A stretch of 64,000 nucleotides of DNA from Octopus sinensis (lineage: Eukaryota). A program made the position numbers and the translations under genes. The DNA lies in assembly GCF_006345805.1 (NCBI RefSeq), contig NC_042998.1:63674001-63738000 (forward strand), written 5' to 3'. The notes below the pieces were generated by a model. The model saw nothing but the letters and a program-made list of their open reading frames with translations, was not told the DNA's origin and made no database searches. Numbering within the stretch: position 1 is the stretch's first letter; each line of letters opens with the position of its first letter. Below are positions 52,100 to 64,000 of the stretch, one piece after another.

Positions 52100-52830
52100 G
52101 AATATGTTACGAAAAGAAAATATAAAATACACGTGGAAATGTAAGGTTAAAATATGAAAAATCAAGGAAAATGCATATTGCAAATAGAAAAAGGCTATTT
52201 ATGACAGGTAACGACAAATGTATACATTTAGAGTGACTGAGGTAGTAATACGAGTCATAAAAGTTATTATTATGAGATGATTATAAGATGATAATAAAGT
52301 AAGAGAACAAAATGAACCAATGGTTTACGCAAAGCTATTCATCGTTTGAACAACACCGGTTAATACACGGTGTCAGGTCTAATAGTTCCTGAGAAAAAAG
52401 ATTATTTGTAAGGGAGGTAAGTAGTTCTGGATTTAGAGATGTGAGTGGTGTAGGAAGTGTATAGGGTTTAGTGGTTTCAATTGAAGAGTTAGTGGTGTTC
52501 TGTTTTGAGTTGTGTGTTCATATTTAGTTGGGGGAGAAATTTATTGATGAAAAATGCCTCTTTATTCAACCTTTGTTGCATTGTGGTGTTCTGTGAGCAT
52601 TGGTAAAAGGGAAATATTTGGAAATTGGCATTAAGATTCCTGGCACATCTTTCAATGTGTTCACTCACCTTTAACTGTCTGTATTGTAGGTGACGAATTT
52701 GTTCTTTGGGAATGGTGATTCTTTGACGGAGCGAATTTCCTGTTTGTCCAATGTAGAGTTTACCACATCCTATGCATGTCATGACATAGATTACATTGGC
52801 TGAGGCGCAGGTGCAATTTGATTTGATCTT
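52100..52830 (-). mobile_element. Penelope-like element 3' end with an open GIY-YIG endonuclease frame (52489-52830)
   Basis: KIKSNCTCASANVIYVMTCIGCGKLYIGQTGNSLRQRI..HIERC..IFPFYQC..RLNKEAFFINKFLPQLN, followed by a 3' UTR/pLTR. Confidence 0.9.
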
Positions 52831-52833
52831 AAA

Positions 52834-52878
<45 letters not shown>

Positions 52879-52879
52879 G

Positions 52880-53136
52880 GAAATGGATGCGTGGCGTTTT
52901 CCTTTAGGCTGTATGTCTCTGGTTACTTTTGGCCCAAACATAGACAGCTCTATTATGTTGTGATCCGAAATTGATGTCGGTGTCACTTTCACATCATGAA
53001 TGATGTCCATATTGTTCGTGAAGCAGAGATCCAGAATGTTATTCGCCCTAGTTGGCTTGAGGACAACTTGCTCCATGAATAAGGCATTGGTGAGGTTGAG
53101 CAGGGACACCACCTGTACTTGCTTGCAATGATTCAT
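52880..53136 (-). pseudogene. APE-type LINE endonuclease C-terminal fragment
   Basis: EQVVLKPTRANNILDLCFTNN..SDHNIIEL carries the APE TR..LD..SDH motifs. Confidence 0.85.
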
Positions 53137-53585
53137 TCCTGTGTTTCATTCTTTCATTTTGTTTCAGCTAGATAAGGTAGACGTAGTCTTGTCTGTTTCC
53201 TGTCAAAGTTTTCACCAGCAAAACATCGTTTAGTCTTAGCATCCCTTCCTGTTAGTTTTCACTGTCCTGTTTTTTACCAATTTTGACCCTCTGCAAAATC
53301 CCAAATTTTATTTAATTTGATTTGCGGGAGCAACTGTTTTATCGATGGCGTATCATGACGTGAATTGCTCGAAATAAGGACTAGAAAACAGCAGAAAACT
53401 GATGGAGTGTCGTTCTTTGTGTTGTTTGTCCTGTCTTCCATTTGTTTCTTTCATTGTTGTCAAAAAAAGTTCATATTCCATGTTCTCGTACTTCGTATTT
53501 TTGTTGTTAATGTTTTGTGATGTCCTGTGCCCACAGGAATATGTATATACGTATACATGTAAGTATGTACGTATTCGTATGTATA

Positions 53586-53866
53586 TATGCATCACATCTC
53601 TTCAATATCCTCCTGAAGAACCTGAGAGACCTGCATGGGATGGATGCATATGTCTTTAAAATAAAACTGGATCTCTTCCTGTTAGGTGTCCCAGATAAAC
53701 CAACTTCACGGCAGGAGGTGCAGATGAGGGCAGCTGCATCGAACTCTCTCATGCACCAAATGGCAATTGCAAAAAAGCATTCGTGAAGTAAAATCATGTA
53801 GCAACACCAAATGGCGGTGCTCCAGCATGGCCACAGCTCGTGAGCTGAAACTAGATAAAATAAAAT
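53586..53866 (+). mobile_element. CR1-like LINE extreme 3' end
   Basis: LFNILLKNLRDLHGMDAYVFKIKLDLFLLGVPDKPTSRQEVQMRAAASNSLMHQM..*, then 3' UTR aaatggcggtgctccagcatggccacagc..ctgaaactagataaaataaaat. Confidence 0.75.
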
Positions 53867-55447
53867 AATATATATATATATTTATATATATATATATATT
53901 ACGTATATTATTATATGATTGATCGCCACGCATCCTTTACCAAGTAAGTTTTATCTAAAAATATGTTTGTATAGACATGCACACTATCGTGATCGCACAT
54001 ATCAATAATGTTTTCTTAACATAACGTTCTTGTTTACGATATGACAACGAATAATATAACATATAACCGCCATATTAAGTATGCAAAAATACATACCATT
54101 TAGTATATAATAAACCTAAAGCAATTTTTTCGGTGATGAAATGGCTGGCCTTAAAATAATCAATATATCATCGCAAAATGGCTATGAAGGGCAAAACGAG
54201 ATGAAAAGATGTAAAATTGCATAGTCTAACTGTTAAACGAAACATATTGAGGTAGTTAATAAATGTGTACATTGGTAATTGGCACAACCGTTTTGATAGA
54301 GATCCACGTCTTCAAAAAATTGACATAGACAATATTTAGAAAGTAACAATAATAGGATCTATAAGTATTGTAGAGTATACTTATACAAGGTGTGTTAAAC
54401 CAAGATATGATTATACGTATACATAATTCTGAATAAAGGTTACGCTGGTTATTTCTCAAACTATGAATAAGAACGTTATCAATGCTTTTAATGACTTGAT
54501 ATCCCATGTTACATATTTACACGATATCCAACAAAACTATCCTGCTCTCCATATATTAGATCGAATAGATACTAAGAAATTATAAAACTGTACATTAGTT
54601 AGGTTAATGTATTTTAATGACATCCTCGTTTCGAATATGGAGATATGATACTCCATTTAGGAAATACACAAAATAAATGATTGAAATATTGTAATTTGAA
54701 ACATGGTGTGTCATCCAGAACAAAGAGCGGTGAAGATGAATTATTATCTAATCAATGATGTAAGGAAAATTCTGATATAAGAAAACTACAAAATGCATTA
54801 ATCATAGGAGAGAAGTTATCTTTCATCTATCCGTTTATATGATTGTAATTTGAATCAGGATATTAAAGGTTTCTCTCTTTTCTCATGGTAATAATAATAT
54901 TATCTTAGTGTGTCCTGTTACGCAAAATTAAATATTTAAGAAAGTTTTCCAATTTTATTGAGAACGTGTAACATAGATTACACAGCAACATTTGAAGCTC
55001 TTTAAAATTCATTAATTTGAACAGTGTCAATAAACCGCGTGCAATAATATGAACTGTGTAACAAGAGGTCCATGGAAATGTGCTAAATATCATTTCGCTC
55101 ACCTGAGCTATAAGGTGACGAGATCAGATTTCATATACTCTTAATCGAATGAGATATTTTTGATTAAACAATTTTTCTTATTACATAATACTGTACTCTA
55201 ATTTCGTATTCCGTGTAAATATACGATTCAAGCCTATTTGCTTTTACATGCCTGTATGGATTCTACTTCCATAATTGCTCGACAAAGTTCGTTGTTATAG
55301 TTAAATTTCGATTCTGGAGGCCCTAGCAATAGATAAGGGAATTGGAGTCTCAATCTTATCTATTTGATCACAGTTATGTACATATAACATATGTACACCA
55401 CACATATTTTGCCTTCTCAAACATTCCCCCTCTCTTAATAAATATAT

Positions 55448-55598
55448 TGTGTGGTAAGTAGTTTGCTTACCAACCACATGATTCCGGGTTCAGTCCCACT
55501 GCGTGGCAATTTGGGCAAGTGTCTTCTACTATAGCCGCGGGCCGACCAGAGTCATGTGAGTGGATTTGATAGATGGAAACTGAAAGAAGCCCGTCATA

Positions 55599-55691
<93 letters not shown>

Positions 55692-55915
55692 TATGTATGT
55701 TTCTATGCCTGCGTTTGTCCCCCGAACATCGCTTGACAACCGATGCTGGTGTGTTTATGACCCCGTAACTTAGCTGTTCGGCAAAAGAGACCGATAGAAT
55801 AAGTACTAGGCTTACAAAGAATAAGTCCTGGCGTTGATTTGTTTGACTAAAGGCGTTGCTCCAGCATGGCCACAACCAACTGAGTGAAACAATTAGAAGA
55901 GTAAAAGAGTCAAAC
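55448..55915 (+). mobile_element. SINE family A
   Basis: gtgtggtaagtagtttgcttaccaaccacatgattccgggttcagtccc..ggcgttgctccagcatggcc. Confidence 0.92.
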
Positions 55916-56121
55916 AGCTTTGGAAACACCCATCACGGGGTCAGATTTTCAGTAGAAAGTACATTTATGACACTATAAACATATAGATTCACTCTACACC
56001 ATATTCATTTCTCTGCTCGAATTTGCTGTCCATGGTCCCAAAAAATTGCTACAAGTATTAGTTTATAAAACTTATATTTATAGTATGATCATATATATGT
56101 GCGTATAAGGGAGACAGTAGG

Positions 56122-56192
<71 letters not shown>

Positions 56193-56412
56193 ACGTGTGT
56201 GGATGCGAAAGTGTGTGTGTTTGCTACAATTGAAAAACTTAATCCATTGTGACTTGAGATTCACTAAAACAATAAAATGAAGTCCTAGTTTCACTGCAAC
56301 CCCAGGTGGAAAATAAAAAACAAAATCTTATTCAGCATGCATTAATTAGTTATCTAGTGCAATACACACACACACATATATATACATATACATATACATA
56401 TACATATATATA

Positions 56413-56443
<31 letters not shown>

Positions 56444-56508
56444 ATAATAAATATTATGTATTGATTAAGTCTTTCCTTTGCAAAATAGTGGTTTCGTCTC
56501 GAATTAAT

Positions 56509-56565
<57 letters not shown>

Positions 56566-57124
56566 CATATATATATATATATACATACATACATACATAC
56601 ATACATACATACATACATACATACATGCATACATACATAAATTAAAAAAGGAAAATACACACACTTTACACAGTTTTAATATAAATTTTAATATATCGGC
56701 CGGTTTCGCTTTCGCTATTCATATTATGATTTTCTTATTTGAATATATATTTTCTTAAGAAGACATTTTTCTCCACGTTGGGTGTGATGATATTTACGAG
56801 TGAATGAATTCACAATTAGAAAAAACAAAGAGAGGTTATCGTTATTATTGTTGTTGTTATGGGCAAGGGAGATAATTGTTCGGCTTTCGGTAATGGGAGG
56901 GGAATATATATGTACACACAAGAAAAAGTTATCGAAAATCTTGTTTAGTGACGGGATTTATGTACACTGATGTAATCCCGAGTTGAAAGATGTAAAAAGA
57001 TAAAGTTGGTTATGCGAGCATAACCATTTTTATATATGTTTACTGAGAGGAATTTGCCTGTATTGCGGGAAACGGATTTGCTCTTTACATAAAGTCGTTC
57101 TCCTTCTCAAGGTCACAATTAAAA

Positions 57125-57240
57125 CGAGTTTCCCTGTTGTAATAGGTGGCCTAGGAAATATAGCAAAAGTGGCTGATTGCTACGTAGCTCAGGTACCAGG
57201 GAATCCTACAATGGCTGAAATCCAAAAGATAGTGCTCATT
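57125..57240 (+). mobile_element. Short R4/Dong-like LINE C-terminal fragment
   Basis: PVVIGGLGNIAKVADCYVAQVPGNPTMAEIQKIVL is colinear with the end of ORF 62596-62895. Confidence 0.7.
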
Positions 57241-57480
57241 TATAAAGACAGAATTTGTCTTAGATCTGTTTCAGGGATATAAAGGATTTCCCATCATCAG
57301 GGACGAGATGAGATAGTTAAACGGAAATAAATAGTAGATTTCAATATAAGTTTTTGTATTGAACAAAATCACTTCTCATATTTAACTCTACTATAACCTT
57401 AATTCTGTCATGTCGTCTCTGTGGATGTGACATTCTTTATATCCCTGAAACAGATGTAAGACTAATTGTCTCTATAAATG
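57237..57480. repeat. Long imperfect inverted repeat (MITE-like hairpin)
   Basis: Perfect 21-bp core 57264-57284 / 57435-57455, with imperfect pairing over ~100 nt per arm. Confidence 0.85.
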
Positions 57481-58169
57481 TCCTAGATATTTCAAACTGC
57501 CTTAGCTTTTTTGTCTCAATATATCACTAGCCACTATACATTCTGTATTTTCTCTGCATATTTCTTTCTGTGTTTCTTTCTTACCGCTGTAGGTACATCA
57601 ATTTAGTTCTCACTCACGTTTTCTCTCAATAAAGTCTAATACACATTCCTTCTCCTATTTTATTAATACTATTACATCAATTGACAATACGAAGTTCCTA
57701 GATTAATTCTGCGGATAACGACACGTTACCTAAACCGTGCCGGTTTTTTACTCATCATCTATTTATACATCTTATATAATATTCCCATTATGTGTATGTG
57801 TGTGTGTGTGATTGTGTGTATGTGAGTATATCTATCTATCTATCTATCTATAGAGTTAATTCGATGAAGTTAAGTCCTCGTTATAGATTATATGATCCAA
57901 GGTATTCCACTGGTTCAATCCGTATCATATAATGGTAAAGTCATTTGTATATGTTTAAGATTATTGAGATTATTAATATAGAGGAAAACACGGGTAGAAA
58001 ATGGAGAATAAATGTATGTAAATACTGATTTATTTGGATGTTGTAGAAAGATGGCGTAAATTTTAAAAAAAGGTCACAAATGGCGGTGCCCCAGCATGAT
58101 CACAGCTCGTGAGCTTCAAGCATTGACTACAGCTATGTTGGAGCCACGCATTCGGTCGAAGAAATGACC

Positions 58170-58316
58170 TCAGAAACTTATTGTTTGTAAGACTAGTACT
58201 TGTTCGCTTGGCTCTTTTGCCGAGCACCTATGTTGCGGGCACGTATACCAACCAGCATCAGTAGTGAAGCAATGTTGATGGGAAAAACACAGACACACAA
58301 ACGTATATATACACAT

Positions 58317-58363
<47 letters not shown>

Positions 58364-58638
58364 TATCGTTTTGGACTTGGTTTGCAAGATTCTTTATGTG
58401 AGTTCGTGTGTTGAAGCATATTCTGTTGTGTCTGGGGAGAGACATTTTCTTTTTGTGTCTTACAATTTAACACATTCACGATAAAATTTCAGAAACTTAT
58501 TGTTTGTAAGAGTAGTACTTGTTCTCTTGGCTCTTTTGTCGAGCACCTATGTTGCGGGGACGTATACCAACCAGCATCAGTAGTGAAGCAATGTTGATGG
58601 GAAAAACACATACACACAACGTATATATACACATATAC

Positions 58639-58710
<72 letters not shown>

Positions 58711-58833
58711 CGTTTTGGACTTGTTTGCAAGATTCTTTATGTGAGTTCGTGTGTTGAAGCATATTCTGTTGTGTCTGGGGAGAGCCATTTTCTTTTTGTG
58801 TCTTACAATTTAACACATTCACGATAAAATTTC
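58170..58833 (-). repeat. Tandem duplication (~320-340 bp unit) of a SINE A fragment plus flank
   Basis: Unit tcagaaacttattgtttgtaag..cacgataaaatt occurs at 58170-58489 and 58490-58833 with several substitutions and different (TA)n lengths. Confidence 0.92.
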
Positions 58834-59043
58834 CACTTCTTTGTTATTTTTATTTTCCTAAAATTTTCGTTGCGTTTTGCAACCTATTCAATAGAATTGC
58901 GCTCCTTTCTGTTTGTTTGTGCGCATATGTGTGGGTCAGTGCGTGTGTGTGTGTGTGTGCGTGTGTGTGTGTGTGTCTGTATGTGTGTGTGTGTGTGTGT
59001 TTATGCTTGCATGCATGTACGTATGTATGCGTGTATGTATATA

Positions 59044-59531
59044 TTTGCTTGAGGCTTTCCATAATGTTCTTTTCAGTTTCTACATTACTGTCACTAGATT
59101 TGATCGTAACTATGATATTAACATCATCTACATATCTAATGTAGAGTAGAAGTGTTGTGGACTGTTCTGCTAACATTTTTTTAAGTTTTCGTTCCCACCA
59201 GGTCATGAAGAGGCCAGCCACATCTCCAGTTTCACCTACACCGATGGCTGCACCTTGAACATGCATGTATAGTTTTTTGTTAAACTTTACTACGTGGTTC
59301 TTTAAGGTCGTTTTTGCTCTGCCCCCACCCCATTGCATGTTAAATCATTTGTTTCAGCTGGTTGTTGTTCTCAGGGTTTGGGATGGGTGCTGTCCTGCCA
59401 CTCCAGCGCCCGCCTGCGATCCTTTTCTCCACTGCTGAACTGATAGTGGGTGGTCTTCCCCTCTGTAACCTGGTGGGGCAGAATCTACTGAGGTCATGGT
59501 CATCTAAATAGTTACTGTCATGGCATAGTCT
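59044..59531 (-). pseudogene. PLE reverse transcriptase fragment (motif B/C region)
   Basis: RLCHDSNYLDDHDLSRFCPTRLQRGRPPTISS..KQMI*HAM / AKTTLKNHVVKFNKKLYMHVQGAAIG..LLYIRYVDDVNII. Confidence 0.88.
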
Positions 59532-59762
59532 GAGGACATGTCTCGGGATGCCTGTGTAAGTACGGGAAATCTCCTCAGTAAAATCAGTACTTGCAACCAG
59601 TCCAACGACCTCACAGGCTGTGTAGTGGGTAGTGGTGATGTGATTTCACTCTACACATCTATAGACATAGATTTAGCAGTGGAGAAATGCATTCAGGTAA
59701 TCTGAGAGGGTGAAGCAGAAGTCCATAAGGTCAACACGAGGGAACTTGTCCTTCTCCGTGTA
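59532..59762 (+). pseudogene. Inverted upstream part of the same PLE RT (motif A region)
   Basis: EDMSRDACVSTGNLLSKI..GCVVGSGDVISLYTSIDIDLAVEKCIQVI*EGEAEVHKVNTRELVLLR. Confidence 0.8.
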
Positions 59763-59900
59763 CCAAATCCACTCGTAAGGCGTTGGTCAGCTCGAGGCTA
59801 TAGTAGAAGACTCTCGCACAAGGTACCACGCAATGGGACTGAACCCTGAACCAGGCGGTTTGTACGCAACCTACTTACCACATACCCGCTCCAGCGTGTA
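59755..59900 (-). mobile_element. SINE family A, 5' half
   Basis: taccaaatccactc..ggctatagtagaagac..gggactgaaccctgaacc. Confidence 0.8.
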
Positions 59901-60427
59901 TATATATATATATATATTCATTTAATTTTATGCGTTTTCTTCCCCTCGTTAAATATTTTATAGAAATACATTCATATGAAATTCAAAGGCTGATGATTAA
60001 GCTGGTCATGATATTATGTCTGATGGAATGATAAAGGATAATGTTGCGGACGATAATGATAATGATAATGATGATGTCGAAGACAACGACGCTCATGGAG
60101 ATAAGGAGGAATACAAAATCGATAGCGATGACGTTGAAATTGTGATGGTGATGGGGACGATGGCTGTCATGAGAATTTCAGTAAAACATTCAAAATGCTG
60201 AAAGGAATAATGATAATAGAGGCGATGATAATCATCATTATGCTACCACTAGAAGGAATAAGAAAAATAATATCACCACCCCAACGTCACTGTTACTACT
60301 ACAAGTATTAATAAGTAAGCGAAAGAACATGAAAATGAAAAATTATAATAAACATGATACTAAGAAGAGCAAAAACAACAACAACACAACAACAATAATA
60401 ATGATAATAATAATAGTAATAATAATG

Positions 60428-60477
<50 letters not shown>

Positions 60478-60563
60478 TATTATTATTATTATCATTATTA
60501 TTATTATTATTATCATTATTATTGTTATTATAATGATAATAATAATAATGATAATAATAATAA

Positions 60564-60960
60564 AGTCCCGATCGTGTAATCGAACACCGTCAGGCAGATA
60601 TTGTCATATTGATTAAGAGAGACAAATACTCTCAGATCATCGATGAAGCCATACCAAATGACATGAATGCTGTGAGAAGAGAGGTTGAAAAACATCACTA
60701 AGTACTCCGAATTGAAAGTGGAAGTAGCAAGACTGTAGAATGGAAGAGGGTAATGCAAAAGTGATACCAGTGGTGATCAGAGCGTTGGGCTCAATGGCAT
60801 TGAAACTTCCAAAGTTATTAAGCAAACTGGAAGTCTCATGCAAGTCTGATGTCTTGCAAAACGCAGCCTTATTGGTCACAGTGCACATCTTAAGGACCAC
60901 ATTATCTGTCTTAGGTCCTTGTGACTTGACAGATGACTAAAACTCCAGTGCATATTTACA
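60564..60960 (+). mobile_element. R4/Dong-like LINE 3' fragment, diverged subfamily
   Basis: HRQADIVILIKRDKYSQIIDEAIPND..EVEK; VIPVVIRALGSM..LQNAALLVTVHILRTTLSV. Flanked by (TAA)n/(GAT)n. Confidence 0.8.
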
Positions 60961-60985
60961 TATAATGTGTTACATAAGATTAATA

Positions 60986-61150
<165 letters not shown>

Positions 61151-61177
61151 TAATAATAATAATAATAATAATAATAT

Positions 61178-61609
61178 TCTGCTCGATACCACAGTTTTGC
61201 TTGTCAGTTGTTTGACCATAACCAGTTGAGCATGTCCCTTAGTGGCTGACAATATGTGCATCTCTGATCACGAGCAGAAGTAGTGGGGGAGCATCATAGC
61301 CATGTGTTGAGAGGGGTTTGAATAATTCACCTCTGGAAACAGGGGTGGTTCTTTCAACATCCTTAAAGAACCCTTATTCAGGGACCTTTTGAGCGGGATG
61401 GGCTACTCAACCTGAAGAAAATTCTAACTGGGCCCCACCTGCAAGGTCATGTGCTGTTTATCTTGATATGAGATCACCATGTCGCGCACATATGGTTGTG
61501 ATGCATATGCCTGGTGTACCCTTATCAGACGGGTAGTCATGATGGGTATATTGGGCTTCGTATATTTTACCCCAGTGTCACTTTGATGGCATGCACTGCT
61601 CTCTCACTC

Positions 61610-61610
<1 letters not shown>
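61178..61610 (+). mobile_element. Non-coding ~430-bp module bounded by (TAA)n on both sides
   Basis: GC-balanced, no ORF. Ends ctctctcactc|aataataat like the neighbouring LINE 3' ends. Confidence 0.5.
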
Positions 61611-61639
<29 letters not shown>

Positions 61640-61641
<2 letters not shown>

Positions 61642-62285
61642 TATACAAACATCAGAAAGTGATTTTTGCAGAACATTTGGACAAAATAGTGAAACCATAT
61701 GGCATATTACCAGTCAATGAACGCAAGTAGCCCAGAAGGAATTTAAGAGTTGTCATGACAATATAGCATAGATGTCTACTGGACATATTGCAATATGTAT
61801 GGACTTGACAGAGCAAAATGTTGTACGAACATATACCCGAAGGTATCATCGAAAATGATAATGAAAAAATCCTATGCAATTTTATGATTCAGTGCGACCA
61901 TAAAATAGACAATAGGAAATCAGACATAGTGTTAATTGAGAATGAAAGCAAACGATGCTGGATCATAGATATATGCCCAGCTGACAATAAGGTATGCAAT
62001 AAGGAAGAAAGAAAAGCCGATAGGTATGAACGGTTAGGTTGAGAGGTAAAGCAGTTGTGGTACCAGTAATTGTCGGAGCCCTTGGAATAGTGAGCAACGT
62101 GAGTACGTGGAACAAATAGGGGCTGCAATAAGGGTGGAGCACTTACAGAAAACAGCACTGCTTGTAACCGCTCCAATACTCCAGAAGGTGCTCGAAAATT
62201 AAGAGGTGTTACCTTAGTTCACTGGTAGTGAACAGCTGACACAGTAGTACATCTCCAGCGTTAGAAGCTGAGCAAAGGCAATAAT
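61640..62285 (+). mobile_element. R4/Dong-like LINE 3' fragment, another subfamily
   Basis: CRTFGQNSETIWHI; YEHIPEGIIENDNEKILCNFMIQCDHKIDNRKSDIVLIE..IID; VGALG. Confidence 0.85.
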
Positions 62286-62334
62286 AATAATACCCAAAGA
62301 TAGTTAATAATTCCGTTGTTGACAAATACGTTAC

Positions 62335-63090
62335 CCATCAGTGGTTAATGGCCTCTGGCTTAAAATCAGAAACAGAAGGATTTATCATTGCTGCCCAAGA
62401 TCAATGCCTACCTACAAGAAACTACCAGGCAAATATATTAAAGACGGCAGCTTCTCAACATGTGCATGTCAACAACAAAATGAAACCATTGACCATATTT
62501 TCTCCATGTGCAGTCATCTTTCACCTATAGGGTATTTCGACAGGCTTGATAGAGCTGCACAATATATTCACTAAGTAACTTGCAAAAACCTGGACTTGCT
62601 AAATAAAAAAAAAAACTGGTGGGGGCGAACATCACCTCCAGTTCTTGAAAATGATCACATCTCACTCCCTTGGAACTTCAACGTTCAAACTGACAGAAAG
62701 ATAGATGCAAATATGCCAGACATCATATTGAAAGACTTCAGACAAAAACCCTACCTCCTTATTGGCCTAGGAATGATAGCAAGAAGGGATGACTGGTATC
62801 TAGCTCAGATAACAGGAAACCCCAAAATGGCAGAAATACAAAAGATAGTGCACATGGGAACTGCTCATATCCTACGTAAAATACTGTTTATGTAATCTCA
62901 AATTTTAAAACAAACTCATAATTTTCTTGTTTTTCTTAAACATTCTCTAGCACAACACTATGTACAAAACAAAATATATGACACTCTAGGCATAACACCA
63001 ACATGAACTTCTAACTTGTTGTCTCTTGAGGTCTGTGGGTGAGACTTGGACCGAGCCTGTGCAAATAAAAAGTAAAAGTCAAACAGATAT
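62335..63090 (+). mobile_element. R4/Dong-like LINE 3' fragment with internal deletion and 3' UTR
   Basis: LKSETEGFIIAAQDQCLPTRNYQ; QTDRKIDANMPDII; IQKIVHMGTAHILRKIL. Confidence 0.88.
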
Positions 63091-63101
63091 TAATAATAAT
63101 G

Positions 63102-63152
<51 letters not shown>

Positions 63153-63229
63153 TTAATAATAATAATATAATAATAATAATAATAATAACAATAATAATAA
63201 TAATAACAATAACAATAATAATAATAATC

Positions 63230-63935
63230 AAAAACCTAATGAAAAGAAATATAACTAGTAACTGCAGAATATGTGGAGATAGAGAAGAAACAATAAATTA
63301 TATTATCTCTGGCTACCCAGTCCTGGCAAAGATGAAATATATTCACAGACACGACAGAGTTGGGACCTACATACACTGGAAGCTATGCCAACATTATGGA
63401 ATAACAACAGAAAAAAGATGGTATAGGCACACACCAGACAAGCTCTCAGAAAACGAGAAAGCAACCATACTCTAGAATATGCCAATACACACAGATAGAG
63501 AAATTAAGGCCAACAGACCAGATATAGTTGTCGGAGATCATGAAGAAAAAAATGCTTTCTAATTGATGTATCAATACCGGCAGATGACAACGTGTCTCTA
63601 AAAGAAATGGAGAAACTTTCAAAATACAAAGACCTGAAAATAGAGGTAACTAGAATGTGGAATCTAAAAACAGAAACAATTCCTATCATAGTAGGAGCAT
63701 TAGGTATGATAGAGAAATATTCAGTCAAATACATAACAAAAACACCAGGACTTACAAACACATATAACACACACAAAATTGCACTATTAGGCACTGCACA
63801 CATCCTACGCAGAACACTTTCAATACAGTAACCATCAGAACATCACATCAAATCACAGCACATACCCAAGGCACACAGAGCTGCGCTCGATAGTGAAGTG
63901 AAAGCATGCTACAAAAATAAAACAACTGAATAATA
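63230..63935 (+). mobile_element. R4/Dong-like LINE 3' fragment, same subfamily as 23989-26293
   Basis: Near-colinear with 25600-26293, including 3' UTR aaatcacagcacatacccaaggcacacagagctg..gtgaagtgaaagca. Flanked by (TAA)n and then (TAG)n. Confidence 0.92.
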
Positions 63936-63960
63936 ATACTGATAATAATAATAATAATAA

Positions 63961-64000
<40 letters not shown>

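Noticed and set aside
52489-53136. Apparent element carrying both APE and GIY-YIG endonucleases on the same strand
   Set aside because: The two fragments are separated by a (TA)n/(CA)n tract, no RT lies between them, and each is truncated. Adjacent independent remnants are the simpler explanation.
60016-60201. Acidic ORF MSDGMIKDNVADDNDND..
   Set aside because: Degenerate (GAT/AAT)n microsatellite.

Overview
AT-rich eukaryotic non-coding DNA saturated with microsatellites ((TA)n, (CA)n, (ATCT)n, (TAA)n, (GAA)n). The SINE families and repeat landscape suggest a coleoid cephalopod, probably Octopus (inference from pattern recognition, not searched). I could not confidently identify any host protein-coding gene, rRNA or tRNA gene, or CRISPR array. 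Most ORFs in the supplied track are microsatellite translations. Nearly all recognisable coding sequence is transposon-derived: (i) a full-length dead mariner, a full-length IR/DR-type Tc1, and further mariner and maT-like fragments; (ii) a decayed two-LTR Ty3/gypsy element with a SINE and an RTE LINE nested inside; (iii) about eight R4/Dong-like restriction-endonuclease LINE fragments, the seven in the two clusters all on + and sitting in (TAA)n arrays; (iv) several Penelope-like element (PLE) pieces; (v) CR1-like LINE ends; (vi) three tRNA-derived SINE families. The most interesting observations are: a PLE with inverted pseudo-LTRs that each carry a degenerate minimal type-I hammerhead fold; a PLE RT split into two oppositely oriented pieces that rejoin almost at the codon (twin-priming-like); a near-perfect 239-bp-arm foldback; a 3' tail shared by the dominant SINE and a CR1-like LINE; and the stacked TAA-associated LINE clusters. 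A few orphan reading frames and exon-like segments remain unexplained.
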